From: Octopus vulgaris
Taxonomy: Eukaryota
Assembly: GCA_951406725.2 (NCBI GenBank)
Contig: OX597819.1
Span: 21,514,001-21,578,000, forward strand
DNA length: 64,000 nt
Direction: 5' to 3'
The notes below the pieces were generated by a model that was not told the origin of the DNA, did not search any database, and saw only the letters and a program-made list of their open reading frames with translations. Shown piece by piece: positions 1 to 14,390 of this stretch. The translations under genes were made by a program, and so were the position numbers. The first letter of the stretch is position 1; every line of letters starts with the position of its first letter.

Positions 1-356
1 TGTCCTTGCGAGTAAGTATGTACGTGTGGTGGGTGTCTGTATATATATGTGTGGGATCGTGTGTACATGTGTGTTCGTGTGTGTGTATCTGTGTGTGTGT
101 GTGCGTGTGTGATTTTTGTATAAGATAGAGTTCAATAAATGTACAAATATACAATACGAATTACAGTAAATATTATGCGAGGCAGTATTTATTTATTTCT
201 ATATATTTGTGGTACTATATTATTAATTTGTGTTTTGCTTATTTTCTTCGTTGCTCTACTAAAGTTGTTGGAAGGATATTCAAACATACAACATGATTAA
301 TATGTTTTTAGTGGTGAGATCATTTGACAAATGGGAAATGGGAAGAGAACAGTGTA

Positions 357-925
357 TTATATATTCATACATATATATACACACACACATATATATATAC
401 ATATACATATATACATATATACACACATACATATATACATATATACACACATACATATATACATATATATACACATATATATATACATATATATACACAT
501 ATATATATACATATATATGCACATATATATATACATATGTATACACATACATATATGCATATATATACACATACATATATACATATATATACACATACAT
601 ATATACATATATATACACATACATATATACATATATATACACATACATATATACATATATATACACATACATATATACATATATATACACATACATATAT
701 ACATATATATATACATACATATATATATATACATATATATATATACACATATATATACACATATATATACACACATATATATATACACACATATATATAC
801 ACATATATATACATATATATATACGCAAACATGTATATAAACATATATATGTATATGTATGTATATCCATGTATCTATGTATATGTATATATATGTGTGT
901 GTATGTATATATATATATATATAAA
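357..925. repeat. Compound (TA)n/(TACA)n microsatellite
   Basis: Continuous TA/CA low-complexity array; ORFs in all frames are YIYI/HIHT artefacts. Confidence 0.95.
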
Positions 926-1464
926 TCATATGTGTGTCCATATTTGGTTATATGCGTACGTACGCGTATATGTATACACAAATACACCAACATGCTTATA
1001 TCTATTTCCATTTTTGAATGAAAATGTAAAGGGTTTCTATAAGAGAAAGAAAAGAGATATAAAGAAGAAATACACGAAGCGAAGTTATAAATTCAAAATC
1101 ACTGTTCTGGTTTTCTTTATAATTTCTTTAACTAAAATAGAACTTACTATATCACATAAAATGGAACAGATTTTTGAGACGTCATTTAAAAAGCATTTTA
1201 CCATCCGTTTAGACAATATGGCGACGTAATTAAAATACAATATTTCATAAGTGTTCTGAAATTATTTCATTTAAAATGTTAAAGACAATATCTTGAATGT
1301 ATTGGGAAAAGTTACAATAGAGGGAGATTGAAAAGAAAATCACCAGAGCCGTTTCAGCTTGAAATATGCTTCTATTACTTTTACACTTAAGCAATATATT
1401 AACAAATTTTTCAGATTTATTTGTAGCGTTTAAACAAACCCACATGCGATGGAATTATGACCTC

Positions 1465-1526
1465 GTATGTGTGTATGTATATTTATCTTTGTATGCATAT
1501 ATATTTATATATATATACACACACAC

Positions 1527-1558
<32 letters not shown>

Positions 1559-1577
1559 ATACATATATATATGTATG

Positions 1578-1613
<36 letters not shown>

Positions 1614-1833
1614 CATATATATATATATATGCATGTATATATATATATATGTATGTATATATATACATATATATATATGTATGTATATATATACATATAT
1701 ATATATATGTATGTATATATATACATATATATGTATGTATATACATATATATATGTATGTATATACATATATATATATATGTATGTATATACATATATAT
1801 ATGTATGTATATATATACATATATATATGTATG

Positions 1834-1864
<31 letters not shown>

Positions 1865-1921
1865 GTATGTATATACATATATATATGTATATGTATACAT
1901 ATACATATATATATATGTATG

Positions 1922-1956
<35 letters not shown>

Positions 1957-1970
1957 GTATGTATATACAT
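1465..1970. repeat. Compound (TA)n/(TATG)n microsatellite
   Basis: Direct reading. Confidence 0.95.
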
Positions 1971-2071
1971 AATAATGAAGGGTGAAATTAATTAATTTGG
2001 AATAATTATCAATTACACCAAGTAGTCTTCGGCATGTAAAATCCTCATTCGAGGAAAATTTAAGTAATACT

Positions 2072-2286
2072 AAGCAATAAAGGGTTTAGCAACGAATTGC
2101 CTTACCACAGACCGAATTTAGAAATAGCAGTCAAAGAGTTATAGCTATTTCTTCTACTAAAAAGGGAGATCTGTGTTTTTTACTGAGATCTCCCTTTTTA
2201 GTAGAAGAAATAGCTATAACTCTTTGACTGCTATTTCTAAATTCGGTCTGTGGTAAGGCAATTCGTTGCTAAACCCTTTATTGCTT
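2072..2286. repeat. Perfect inverted repeat (101-bp arms, 13-nt spacer) inside a TA-flanked insert
   Basis: 2072-2172 (aagcaataaaggg...gggagatct) is the reverse complement of 2186-2286; spacer gtgttttttactg. Confidence 0.95.
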
Positions 2287-2796
2287 TGTATGTATATACA
2301 TATATATATGTATATGTATACATATATATATATATGTATGTATATACATATATATATATATGTATGTATATACATATATATATATGTATATATATGTATA
2401 TACATATATATATATGTATGTATATATATATATATATATATACATACATATATATATGTATATACATATATATACATATATATGTATATATATGTATATA
2501 TATATATTTGTATGCATATATATATATGTATATATATGTATATATATATATTTGTATGCATATATATATATATATTTTTTATGTACGTATATATATATAT
2601 ATTTGTATGCATATATATATATATATATATTTATGTATGTATATATATATATTTGTATGCATATATATATATATATTTATGTATGTATATATATATATAT
2701 TTGTGTGCATATATATATATATATATATTTATTATGTATATATATATTTTTATGTATGTATATATATATGTATATATATATATATATATATTTATG

Positions 2797-2842
<46 letters not shown>

Positions 2843-2864
2843 CATATATTTGTATGTATGTACA

Positions 2865-2901
<37 letters not shown>

Positions 2902-3183
2902 TTATATATATTTGTATGTATGTATATATATATATATATACGTATGCATGGATATATGTATCGGTTTCTGGGCGCAAGTATGTATGATCATATGTATGCA
3001 TGTGAGAGACTACATTCGTACCTCGTTATACTGGTTCGAGTGTGCATATATACGTGTGAGAGTGACTATATTTTTATATATGTATGTATATGTATACACG
3101 TGTATATTCCTGTATGCTTATGTGTGTATATATGCATATATGTGCAAGTGTGTACGTACATGTATATGTGTATGTATATATAT

Positions 3184-3244
<61 letters not shown>

Positions 3245-3263
3245 AAATATAAATACACACATT

Positions 3264-3312
<49 letters not shown>
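2287..3312. repeat. Compound (TA)n/(TATG)n microsatellite region
   Basis: Direct reading. Confidence 0.9.
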
Positions 3313-3313
<1 letters not shown>

Positions 3314-3757
3314 ATTTGGTGAAAGTTAACACGACTGATATATGTATAGAAAAATACACACACACTCACTCTCTCTCACTCTCTTTCTCTCACACACACA
3401 GAGACACATGCGCAAATATACGAAATGGTCGCCAGGATAATTTATGTTCAAAATTCGATACCAATATATAAGGACATCATGACGCAGAACAGTATTTTAC
3501 TAAAAACTTTCAAAAATGTTTGTATACAATTAAAATTATAAATTTATAGAATCTCTAAGCAGAATGACGCAATAAATTTCACATGCAATAAATTATCAAT
3601 GCATATAATTAATTTTTATACCAGTGTATGAAAGAGAAGAAAGAGACAATGCAATTGTTAAGAAATACGGCAAATCTTACGTTCGATTAATATTCTCAAG
3701 TCGGTCTCACAATATTATCATCTCTGGACATACTTATAATATATATGTGAGCGCATG

Positions 3758-3806
<49 letters not shown>

Positions 3807-3984
3807 AAATGAGAATATACATGCATGTACTTTATATATATCGACGTGTGTGTATGCATACATATATACGTATGTGTTTGTGCTGTTGGTGTATATTCAT
3901 TTATGTATTGAAAGGTGTAGGAATGGCTGTTTGTTAAGTGGTTTTTTTCCCAAATATTATGTACTGTTTTCAGTTCCACTGCAT

Positions 3985-4091
3985 AGCACTTTGGCCAGAT
4001 GTACTCTACAATAGCCTATGGAGGTAGTGCAAAACATTGTGAGTGAATTTAGTAGAATATTTGGAAGACAGATAGTGAAAGAACCCCTTCA

Positions 4092-4095
<4 letters not shown>
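3985..4095 (+). mobile_element. Degenerate fragment of tRNA-derived SINE family A
   Basis: gcactttggccagatgtactctacaatagcc...ttgtgagtgaatttagtaga...gaaagaacccc resembles 20383-20470. Confidence 0.5.
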
Positions 4096-4123
<28 letters not shown>

Positions 4124-4509
4124 AGGAAAATAAGACAAGATAGGAAATGCTAAAAGAATTTTATCATATTCAGAACAGTCTCTAGCCATGAATTTTTCAG
4201 AACAAATCCAGTCACTGCTGTTATAACCACAACAGGGTCACTTTCAGGTCACTTGACCATTTAAGAAAACTCTACCCTCAGTCTACTACTGCTATAACAC
4301 GCCTGTCTTTTTCTGCTACTTTCTCTTCTTTTCCTTCTTTGTCTTCTATTTCTTCTTCTTCGTCGTCGTCCAGTATCAACATCCTTCATGTTAACTATTT
4401 ATTCGGATCTGCTACTACCTACTGAGCCTTCAGAAATGTAAAAGAGACAGACAGACAGGCAGACAGAAAAAAGGAAAACGTCTTACCCATTTTTTGAAGG
4501 CCAAGGAAA

Positions 4510-4893
4510 TCTTTATATATAAAAGTAAGGTTGTGTGCTGTCTGTCTCCTACGATTTAGATTCCTAACTACTCCCACATTTTGCGGTGCAGTTTAACCAA
4601 AACCGGATATCTTATAGTCATGATTCATATCGAGCCCTTCTGGGTATTAGCGCGCGTCTACGATGAGTCTACGATTTAAAAAAAATGACCATCAATTTTA
4701 ATGCATTTTTGGCATATATAAGGGAAGTAACTCTCTAAAAATTCATTATTAAATCTCAGAACGTAAAAAGCTACAGTAACACACCCCCTTTGTGGTTAGC
4801 CATATTGAGATGGCTATTATAATTTACATCTCTGAAAATGCTTATATAGTTATTTCCCTTACAAACCCGAGCAACGCCGGGCGATACTGCTAG
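4510..4893 (+). mobile_element. Non-autonomous Helitron, copy 1
   Basis: 5' TC (tctttatatataaa), subterminal GC hairpin cccgagcaacgccggg, 3' CTAG, inserted between A and T with no TSD; two more copies in window. Confidence 0.85.
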
Positions 4894-5350
4894 TACCTAA
4901 ATAAAAACATTTCATTTAATTTTTCCACAATTTAATTGTTTTGCTTGCTTTATTGTAAGATGAAAAAGTCGAAAAGACTGAAACCGGTACTAAAGTTATT
5001 ACTTTATAATTTTCTACCTTGTCTTATTTTCCTTAAGCATATCAACTCGTGTGCTACTTTTCAACCTTATATGTATGTGTGTGTGTGTGTGTGTGTTAGT
5101 GTGCGTGTGTGTATGTGTCTAATCCCACATAGATATGCATGTATATATTATATATATATGAATAGATATACACTCGCACACATACATATGTGTGTGCAAG
5201 TCTGTGCCTGTTATGTGCAACAGAAGTAAGAGTTTAAAACAGCAATCTGTGTATCATGGACATACTGTGTTTACAATCATTATAACGGTAGCAGTCGAAA
5301 ATTGTCCAGCAGTTTTGGTGAGAATGCTAGATGCGTATTTACACACACGC

Positions 5351-5585
5351 ATTCTGTAAATAATAAAAAAATATTTTATGGGCTTAACGCTTATAAGCGA
5401 TCACCCTATGTTGACTCAAGAAAATAGTCTAATATTGGGGAATATAAGCCGACAACGTAAATAAAGTGAGTTCACTTTTTTTCCTTCGAGGACTTATATG
5501 CCCCGATGTTAGACTATTTTCTCGAACCAATACTCGGTGATCGCTTATAATCTCTAAGCTTATAAAATATTATTATTCACAGAAT
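5351..5585. mobile_element. Imperfect fold-back element (MITE-like palindrome)
   Basis: Arms pair over ~110 bp, e.g. ttataagcgatcacc/ggtgatcgcttataa and agaaaatagtctaa/ttagactattttct. Confidence 0.75.
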
Positions 5586-5689
5586 TGTCAGTCGCCACCA
5601 CTGCTCAATTCATCGTAGAAAACTTTTATGCTTATTTGTTTAAAAAACAACACTATGAAATTATAGTTCTTAAATCTAACGGCAAGAAC

Positions 5690-5765
5690 TGAGTGGGTAA
5701 TTCGGTATAACGTTTGCTCACTTATAGCGAATATAAGAGGTGTGGGTTCGAGTCCTATGTATACA
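5690..5765 (+). other. Degenerate tRNA-like Pol III head (SINE or tRNA pseudogene relic)
   Basis: B-box gggttcgagtcc at 5744-5755; weak A-box-like tgggtaattcgg upstream; no full cloverleaf. Confidence 0.3.
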
Positions 5766-6269
5766 GAAAACCTACTTCAAACAAAGGTCCAGCCACATAA
5801 TTCAGATAACCCGAGTATATCAGATATTAGAAAGTATCTTATTTCGAAATAGTTGATTTCCTTACTGACTCCAATAAATAACAGTATCTGGTTCATAACA
5901 TAACGCTTCCAAAATATTATATTTTCTTTCACTGTAAAATACTAATTAAATTTTGTATCGAATTTTCTTGAACTCACATCGTTTCTAGTTCATCATATAT
6001 TTCATTACTGATGTCCAAGATGTAACCTTCATGAAAAACAATCTGAGCAGAATACAAGCGAAAGAGGCAAAACGCCGTTTAATGTAGTTTTACAATTTTG
6101 GTGAAATTACAACTTACCGATTCTCTAGATTGTTGACCTTGAGGTCATAGAATTCTCACTTCATGTCTTAGCGATGTAGGGAACTCTTGTGAGAGAAGAT
6201 GGCAGATTGAATTATGTAGAAGCTCGTTGGTGATATATATGTGTAGGTGTATATATATATATATGTATA

Positions 6270-6306
<37 letters not shown>

Positions 6307-8242
6307 TTATGTATATATATATATATATACGTATTTATGTATGTATGTATGTACGTACAAGCACAAACCTACACACACGTTTACTTATAAATGTACATAT
6401 ATGATATACATACATATATAATACACACACACACACACATATATATATATTAAACACATTCATATATGCATACATACCTACATACTTAAATACATGTATG
6501 CATATATGCATAGATACGGGCATACATACAAGCATGCATACATACATACATAAATAAATACATGCATACATGCATACAATGTGCCTCTTCGATGTTTCTA
6601 ATGACCAGAGACACAAGAAGTTTTTGTACATAGATGACAAGAGGCCGCAGCACTTTGCTCTAGAAGTCTACAATATACTGATTTAGTCAGTTGTTTTCCC
6701 CCTATATTGCAACTCAACACCAAACATCGTTTTCTATAATAATTTTCTGTTTTATTCTATTCCAGTCTTTTTCTCCTGTTTTGCGTGATTAGTTGTTAAC
6801 GGGGTTAAATGTTTTACTTATCTATCTCAAGTGAAATGTAATTTACTGATGGAGATAACGGTTAGGTCACCTAGAATTTCAGATACAAAATTCAATTAAA
6901 GTGAAACCAAATATAATATTTTGAAAACTATAAATTTTTCAATGCAAGCGGTTGTTATTTGGCGTCGGGAAAGAACCGGTTCGAATTAGATCGCAGCTGA
7001 TAATATCTGTGAAGCTAGCTTTATGTTGAATATCTGTTGTAACCTAAGTTTAAATTTGAGCAACAGTCAATTGTGATGAAAATAACCAGTTGACTTAGAA
7101 AATTCGCGAGATTGTTATCGAAAGCATAGCTAGAGCTTCTTAAAAGGCTGAAGGGAAAGAAAACTAGCTTATTGCGTTTACATTAGGAATATATGCTGTT
7201 CGTATTAGGAAAGCGGTGATAGTGATATTTATGTGTATAAAATTGCTGCTGTGAGATACTGAGAAAGACGATAATTTATTATACAATATATTGGTCACGA
7301 TGATATACTACGAATCACGTATAGCATCGTACGGTAAGAATAGGATTCCAGGGAGCGAAATAAATAATCTTGTTTCCTTTCTCAAAACTATTTCAAATTA
7401 TCCATTTTATATATTGCACGGAAATGTAGTCGGAAGCTCATAGTTTCAAGAACCTTCCTAAAAGAAAGTCCAGAGCAACTTAGATAAGTGTGTGTGTTCT
7501 AGAACGTTTCTTCAATGTTCGGTATTACATCGACTCGCCTATGTCCATTTGTATTGAAAACCCATTCCCTAGATCTTCTCATTCTCTCCCTCTCTCACAC
7601 ATTTTTACTCACATTGATGTAAATATAAATGAAATGACAGGACACTGAGAGACAGACGGTCAGAGGAAGCTGAAGCAGGGCAAGAATAGAGAAGACATGT
7701 CATTGATGATGTCACGAATAACAAGGCAACGGCTTTGACAAACTAATCTGAGTGAGTGGTTGACCCAACGATTAATAAAATCGATTAGCTAATTGGTTAA
7801 ATGATTAAGTACTGGACTAATTGTAATGAGATAAATAAAAGAGAACAGTGCGTGTGTTTATTATTGGCATGATGACCGTCCTGAGGCAAAAACAAAATGA
7901 AATGTGATTCTTTTCATTTGATATATATTAAAATATATATATATACTACGGGGCTCATGTGTCTAAATATAAGAAACATCTCCAAATATCGATTTTATGA
8001 AACCAAACTACTACAGAGTACGAAGAAGTGCGATACGTATGAACATAACCCAGGAGTAAACTATTCCAACATGTTTGTTAAATCTGTTTGACTTGGCTTG
8101 ACAGAGTTTTAGACGGAATTTTCCAACATGAGAGTTTTCCTAAAGAATTTTCAGTCTTTCAGACTGTAACTTTATACTATTTCATCTCTCCTGTTATGCT
8201 ATATCAATGGGTATTTTGACTTTATTTTTAATATTTGGATCA

Positions 8243-8429
8243 TCTTAGCAGGCAGAATCCGGCAAAATGCTTAGCGGCATATCGTCCGTCTTTTCGTTCT
8301 GAGTTGAAATTTCGTTGAGGCTGATTTTACGTGTCATCCACCGATAAAACAAGTACCAGTTGATCTCTGGGGTCCATATAATCGATTCACTTCTCTGAAA
8401 TTGCTGGGCTTCAACTGAAAATTGAAACC
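8243..8429 (+). mobile_element. tRNA-derived SINE family B (Meta-domain-like), diverged copy with 13-bp TSD
   Basis: Similar to 49555-49740; aatatttggatca duplicated at 8230-8242 and 8430-8442. Confidence 0.75.
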
Positions 8430-8549
8430 AATATTTGGATCAGCGTTTTTGAACTTTGCCTTCATTTTGCAATTCCCTAAAATATGTTTTGTCAGCGATA
8501 TTTAATGTTACTGTATTACTTTCCGATTCTTCGTTATTGCTGTCCCTTT

Positions 8550-8613
<64 letters not shown>

Positions 8614-10629
8614 ACCTGAGTTAATGTAAATATTGCTAAAATAAAAAAAATAATAAGTGTTTGAATTTGTGCAATCCAGGTCCCATGTAATTACTTTCAA
8701 TATTGTAGAAATAAGTAAAATCTCGATACAACCCTAAATTCTTCCTTAAAACCTCCGGGAAAGTAATAGCGGGACACTTGAAGAGAAGTATACAGTTTAA
8801 ACACGTACGTATCTCGTCCACAACTAAAATGAAATTCTAGAATCCGATCACGCGAACCTGATAATTATCAGAAGTACATCACTCGGAGCCTTTGCAAAGA
8901 ATGTGCCAAGAGAAAACAGAGAGTGGCTAGTAAAAAGTATTTGAACAACATAGATTAGTACAAGTATACGGAGTACTACACAATCCTAAAGACTTGATTT
9001 ATTAAAACCATCTTCACCTGTTCGGGATGTGTCAATCTTGCATACACATACGCACTTAAGTGTAAAAATGAGAGGAAAATTAATACATACAGCAAAAGAT
9101 GGTGTTTACTCATTCAAAACTGAGGAATCCCACTATTGTTATTTTATCTCGCTACATGCAATGTGTAATATGAATTGCACGTGTTTTGTGTGTCTGCGAA
9201 TGTGCGTGTGTATGCATGTGAGTTCTAGTTTGTTCTGTTTGTATATAGGTTTGCTTATTTGTGCGTGTAAGCAAATATTCGCTCTAGTGGATTGAATAGC
9301 AATATGTAAAATTCCTGTAACAGAATGGTAAAGAATTTCATCAGACTTGTTTTCAAGATTGTTGGACGTAAAGAAAAGTCTATTAAGTTGATAAAATGTT
9401 GGAATTTAATTTTAAGTAGAAAGTTAACAAATGTTCAATAATAATTAACGAGAAGCTAATAAAGTGACAACGTGAAAGGAATTAGCAACACTCACATCAA
9501 ATTATGGCAAAATGGGGAGAATTTGTTAATCTCACTAAAGAGATTTAGCAATTGACATTGTCAATTCCACATTGCCTGAAGAGAAAATCATTTATTCAAC
9601 TGTTAACTAACTTTCAGATGTGGCTTCGTAAATTATATTTCAAACTAGTATTGCGGTTGTTGATGCCTGTTAATTAATCAATCTATCGTCATTAAGGGAG
9701 AAAAGCAAGTTTCGTATTGATTTCAGTAGAGCTTAAGGTGATAAAGAAATATTATAGCATAATTCAGGTGATAATGCGTTCGAACCGTATTAGAGCGTTG
9801 AAAGTTAATGTGTCTTAATTCACTTAGAGTTGGCTTTAAGTGATTTAATATCAATGGTGGTGTGGTGATAGGTCTTTGAATCCTTTCAGTTCAAACTGAA
9901 GATGTTCGTCTCTATGCAGCGAATAAACAAGAGTAAAATATTAGCTGGGGATGCAACTATTATATTACTCAAGATGGAAGACAAACTCAACACCAGCATA
10001 TGTAACATAACAATTACTCCATTTGTAGTAGGTCTTACCTCATGGATGCCCAACCAGCGTGAATTAGGTGCTAAAAAGTGCCCACTCAAAAAGAAATAGA
10101 TTAAAGATGTGTGAAAGAGGAAAAGTGGTTGGGAAGCCTGCAACTACCAACACTGGAGAAGAATTAGATGTTGCTTCTATGTTTGCTTCTATGCCAAATT
10201 ATATATAAAAACAATCTAGCATCAACCTGAAAAATATTCCCCGGTACATTTTAGTAGAGAACATAGTTATTGATATTTACAAGGTGCAATGTGACAGTGA
10301 CTTCGACATTTCAACCCATTGTCATTAGACTCATAATAAATTCGTGTTTTAGTGATAATACATACGTGTGTGTGCCTTTCAGTAAGTATACATGCATATT
10401 TACATCTACCGATTTATCTATCTATTTATCTTATCTATCCAACAATCTATCTATTTATAAATGCATATGTGTGGTCGCTTGTATTTAATCATTTAAATTC
10501 TTCCTCAGAAGGAGCTGGTTTCTAACAAAGATTCAAGGCTCCGTCCTTAGAATGTAGAAAACGTAAACAAGGTCACCTTTTAAACCTGAGAAACGTCTTG
10601 CATAGTTTTACTTCTCCATTTTCAGGTTA

Positions 10630-11295
10630 TATTTCTGAAAATCCAAACTTACCGAAACTGATAGTTAGGCATTTACTTACAAAGCCAAATACCCATATTG
10701 TTTTAATGGTATAAATGTAAATTTGTAATCTAGATATAGAAGCTAGAGTTTTCGAAGCAGCTGTACATGGTTATCTTTTTTCCTCTTTGATTTTCAAAGC
10801 GATATTCACATCAGCAAAACAGCTGGTCTCTATGAAGATACATACATGTTCTTGTCTCTCGCAAGCAACAATATCCGGCCTGTTGTGTTGAAACCTGACT
10901 GATGTTTTGATGGGACTATTCCACCAGTATTTCTTGTGCTGATTTTGGTGTACGTATTCAATAACAAAGGAGATCTCGATATTAATTCCAGGACAGTATT
11001 TTTTCCGAATAGCATCATGTATTGTTTTTGTGACTGCGTCATGTCGCATAGGAAGGTAGTACCTTGATGGCATTTTGGGGCAGCTACTATTCATATGGGT
11101 GATGTCTTCCACAAATATATGACACAATCTACATTTACGGTTACATCTTGGAACTCCAATGGCTTCAGCCCCTCCTTTGTTGATCAGGTATTGACTACCA
11201 ATCTACTGTTCTTGGACTGCAAATGCATAGCCTTCGAAGTGAGATGTGATATAGCAATCAGGAGTCCAGGAGAACTTCGCTTTATGCTAACGTTC
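10630..11295 (-). mobile_element. R4/Dong-type (RLE-encoding) non-LTR retrotransposon fragment: CCHC knuckle plus restriction-like endonuclease
   Basis: Translation EGYAFAVQEQ*...CRLCHIFVEDITHMNSSC...YLPMRHD...KYWWN...HNRPDIV...FIETSC..D; contains stops and frameshifts. Confidence 0.85.
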
Positions 11296-11736
11296 CAGCG
11301 AACCTATGTATGTATGTAGGTAGGTAGGTATGTATGTAAGTATGTATGAATGTGTATGTATTTTAATATTCATTTTTACCTTCGCAGAATTGAAGCCGGG
11401 TTTGTGGTTGCTTGGACGAGATAGATGTTTAGGCAACGTCTGTTGTAGGTGTGCGCTTGCGTGTAGCTCTTTACAAGCGCACGCGCGCGTGTACGTGTGT
11501 GTGTGTGCGTGTGCTTATGCCACATAACTGCTCTGGAAGAGGCTATTATTCTTGCTAATGTTGTTAAAGCAGGATATGTAACATGCTTAGCTTTTTGCTG
11601 GTATGTAAGAAGATATATATATATATATATATATATATATGCTTGTGTGAGTGGCTGTAAAAAAATATTTTACCAGTTTGAACCAACTCTACATTACTTA
11701 GAGTTTCACAGGCGTGTATGTTTTTGGGATCTTGTG

Positions 11737-11905
<169 letters not shown>

Positions 11906-11994
11906 ATTATTAGAGACAAAACCACTATTTTGCAAAACAAACAAGGAAAAACTTAATCAATACATAAAATTTTAATAAATAGTCAAAAAAACCG

Positions 11995-12037
11995 CCACTA
12001 CAATCGTTTCTTGTCTTGATCGACAATCTTCAGGTGG
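11995..12037 (-). ncRNA. Type I minimal hammerhead ribozyme (left arm of palindrome)
   Basis: Minus strand: CCAC-CUGAAGA-UUGUC-gaucaa-GACAA-GAAAC-gauu-GUA-GUGG. Confidence 0.85.
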
Positions 12038-12084
12038 ACTTCCAATAAGTCAGTTTCAAATTTTGAAACTGACTTATTGGAAGT

Positions 12085-12127
12085 CCACCTGAAGATTGTC
12101 GATCAAGACAAGAAACGATTGTAGTGG
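12085..12127 (+). ncRNA. Type I minimal hammerhead ribozyme (right arm of palindrome)
   Basis: Stem I ccac/gtgg; core CUGAAGA 12089-12095; stem II ttgtc/gacaa; GAAAC 12112-12116; near-palindromic stem III acgattgt; GUA 12121-12123. Confidence 0.88.
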
Positions 12128-12303
12128 CGGTTTTTTTGACTATTTATTAAAATTTTATGTATTGATTAAGTTTTTCCTTGTTTGTTTTGCAAAATAGTGG
12201 TTTTGTCTCTAATAATATTTTATAATATTTTACTATAAAATTGGATTTAATCCTAAATCTGATTTTTTTCCCTGTAAATTTGGATTTATTCCCTAATATT
12301 TAT

Positions 12304-12399
<96 letters not shown>

Positions 12400-12410
12400 T
12401 ATATAGAAGG

Positions 12411-12461
12411 AGCTTCTACAGGACTAGTACTGTTTCATTCAAGAGAAATCTTCAGGAAGCT
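12411..12461 (-). ncRNA. Type I hammerhead ribozyme (different family)
   Basis: Minus strand: AGCUUC-CUGAAGA-uUUC-ucuu-GAAu-GAAAC-AG-uacuaguc-CU-GUA-GAAGCU; 6-bp stem I; U-U mismatch at the base of stem II. Confidence 0.8.
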
Positions 12462-12604
12462 ATTTAACAAGAATTGTATTAGCATTTATACATTTAGGCA
12501 GGTTTAAAGGAGTGGTGGTGGGGGACTTTTTGGGGGGTAGGCATAGCGCAAAATATCATACTTGGGGGAGTGGTCAAGGAGTCAGTGGTAAGTTAGATGA
12601 AAGA

Positions 12605-12782
12605 ATAGATAAATAAAAAAATAAAAAAATAAAAAAATATAAAAAATAAAAAATAAAAAATAAAAAATAAAAAATAAAAAAATAAAATAAAATAAAAAAA
12701 TAAAATAAAAAAATAAAAAATATATATATAAAAAAATATATATATAAAATATATATATACAAAAATATATATATAAAAAAAA
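12605..12782. repeat. A-rich (AAAAAAT)n-type simple repeat
   Basis: Direct reading. Confidence 0.9.
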
Positions 12783-13282
12783 GGGGGGATAGAGTTATAG
12801 GTAAATAAGGAGATTCTCACTTATACCTATACACACATGTATACGTATCTACACACACATACATACATACACATATATATACACACACATATACATATAT
12901 ACATATATATACATACATATACATACCTACACATACACACATACATACATACAAATATACATATACATATATATATATACAATCCAATACAGGCCCATTC
13001 CCTAATTTTAATTTTATTATCTTCATTTATTACTTTTGTTATCTTTGATCGCTAGGGCTAAGAATCCTGGCAATGGCTGCAGTCCATTTGTCTGTCTACT
13101 AGAAGGCAAGTACTCATTCCCGCACGCACACTCATTAGCACGTACATTCACCCATTCGTACACTCATACACATACACGTACGCACGCGTTATATTCATAC
13201 ATACAAACATCTACATACGTTCACGTATATACACATACGTACTCGTACCTACAGATTCATGTCTACACTTTAGGAGGCTAGA

Positions 13283-13302
13283 CTATACATATACACCAAT
13301 AA

Positions 13303-13335
<33 letters not shown>

Positions 13336-13651
13336 CCCGCATATACATACACACACACACATATATACTCCTACATACAGATACATACCTATGTATATAT
13401 ATATATATACACATATATATACATGCATACATACACATATATATATATATATATATATACACATACATACACATACACACATACATATACACACACATAC
13501 ATACACATATATATACATACACAAACATATATACACACATATATATATATACATACACACATACACACATACATACGTATACATACATACATACATCCAT
13601 ACATCCATACTTACATGCATTTATACGCATACACACACCCATCTATATATA

Positions 13652-13690
<39 letters not shown>

Positions 13691-14086
13691 TCACACATAC
13701 ATATACAAATCCACGCACACACATACATACATACACGTATACGCATACACGCACATACACATATACATGCGTACCCATACACGTGCACACACGCACGCGC
13801 ATCCATATATATACACACACACACATATATATACACGTGTGCAAGCATACATACATACTCATACGCGCACACATACTTACAAATACATATATGCACACAC
13901 TTACACACATATATATACATACACATATACATGCATACATACATATATGCATACATACACACACGCACTCATATATATATATATATATATACATACACAT
14001 ATATATATATATATATATACATATATATATACATACATAGATACACATACGCATACATACACATACACATACATACACACATATAT

Positions 14087-14135
<49 letters not shown>

Positions 14136-14343
14136 TACATATATACACACATACATACATATACATACACACACACATACATATATACATATACACTGAT
14201 ACACATACCCATACTTACACATGCATATACTTATATCACTACATACTCACATATATAAACATATATACATATACACACATACATATATACATGTACATAC
14301 ACATACGTATGCATATATATACATATACATATATATACACACA

Positions 14344-14390
<47 letters not shown>

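Noticed and set aside
280-3369. Long ORFs of [12 protein letters not shown] (also near 13.3-14.7, 38.8-39.5, 50.9-51.5 and 60.8-61.1 kb)
   Set aside because: Dinucleotide repeats lack stop codons in all frames; no coding signal
6110-6200. Minus-strand exon candidate ending in gtaagt (similar case near 3680-3725)
   Set aside because: Stop codons in all three frames
9902-10165. RTE C-terminal-like remnant (W.P...W...WR)
   Set aside because: Similarity limited to a few residues
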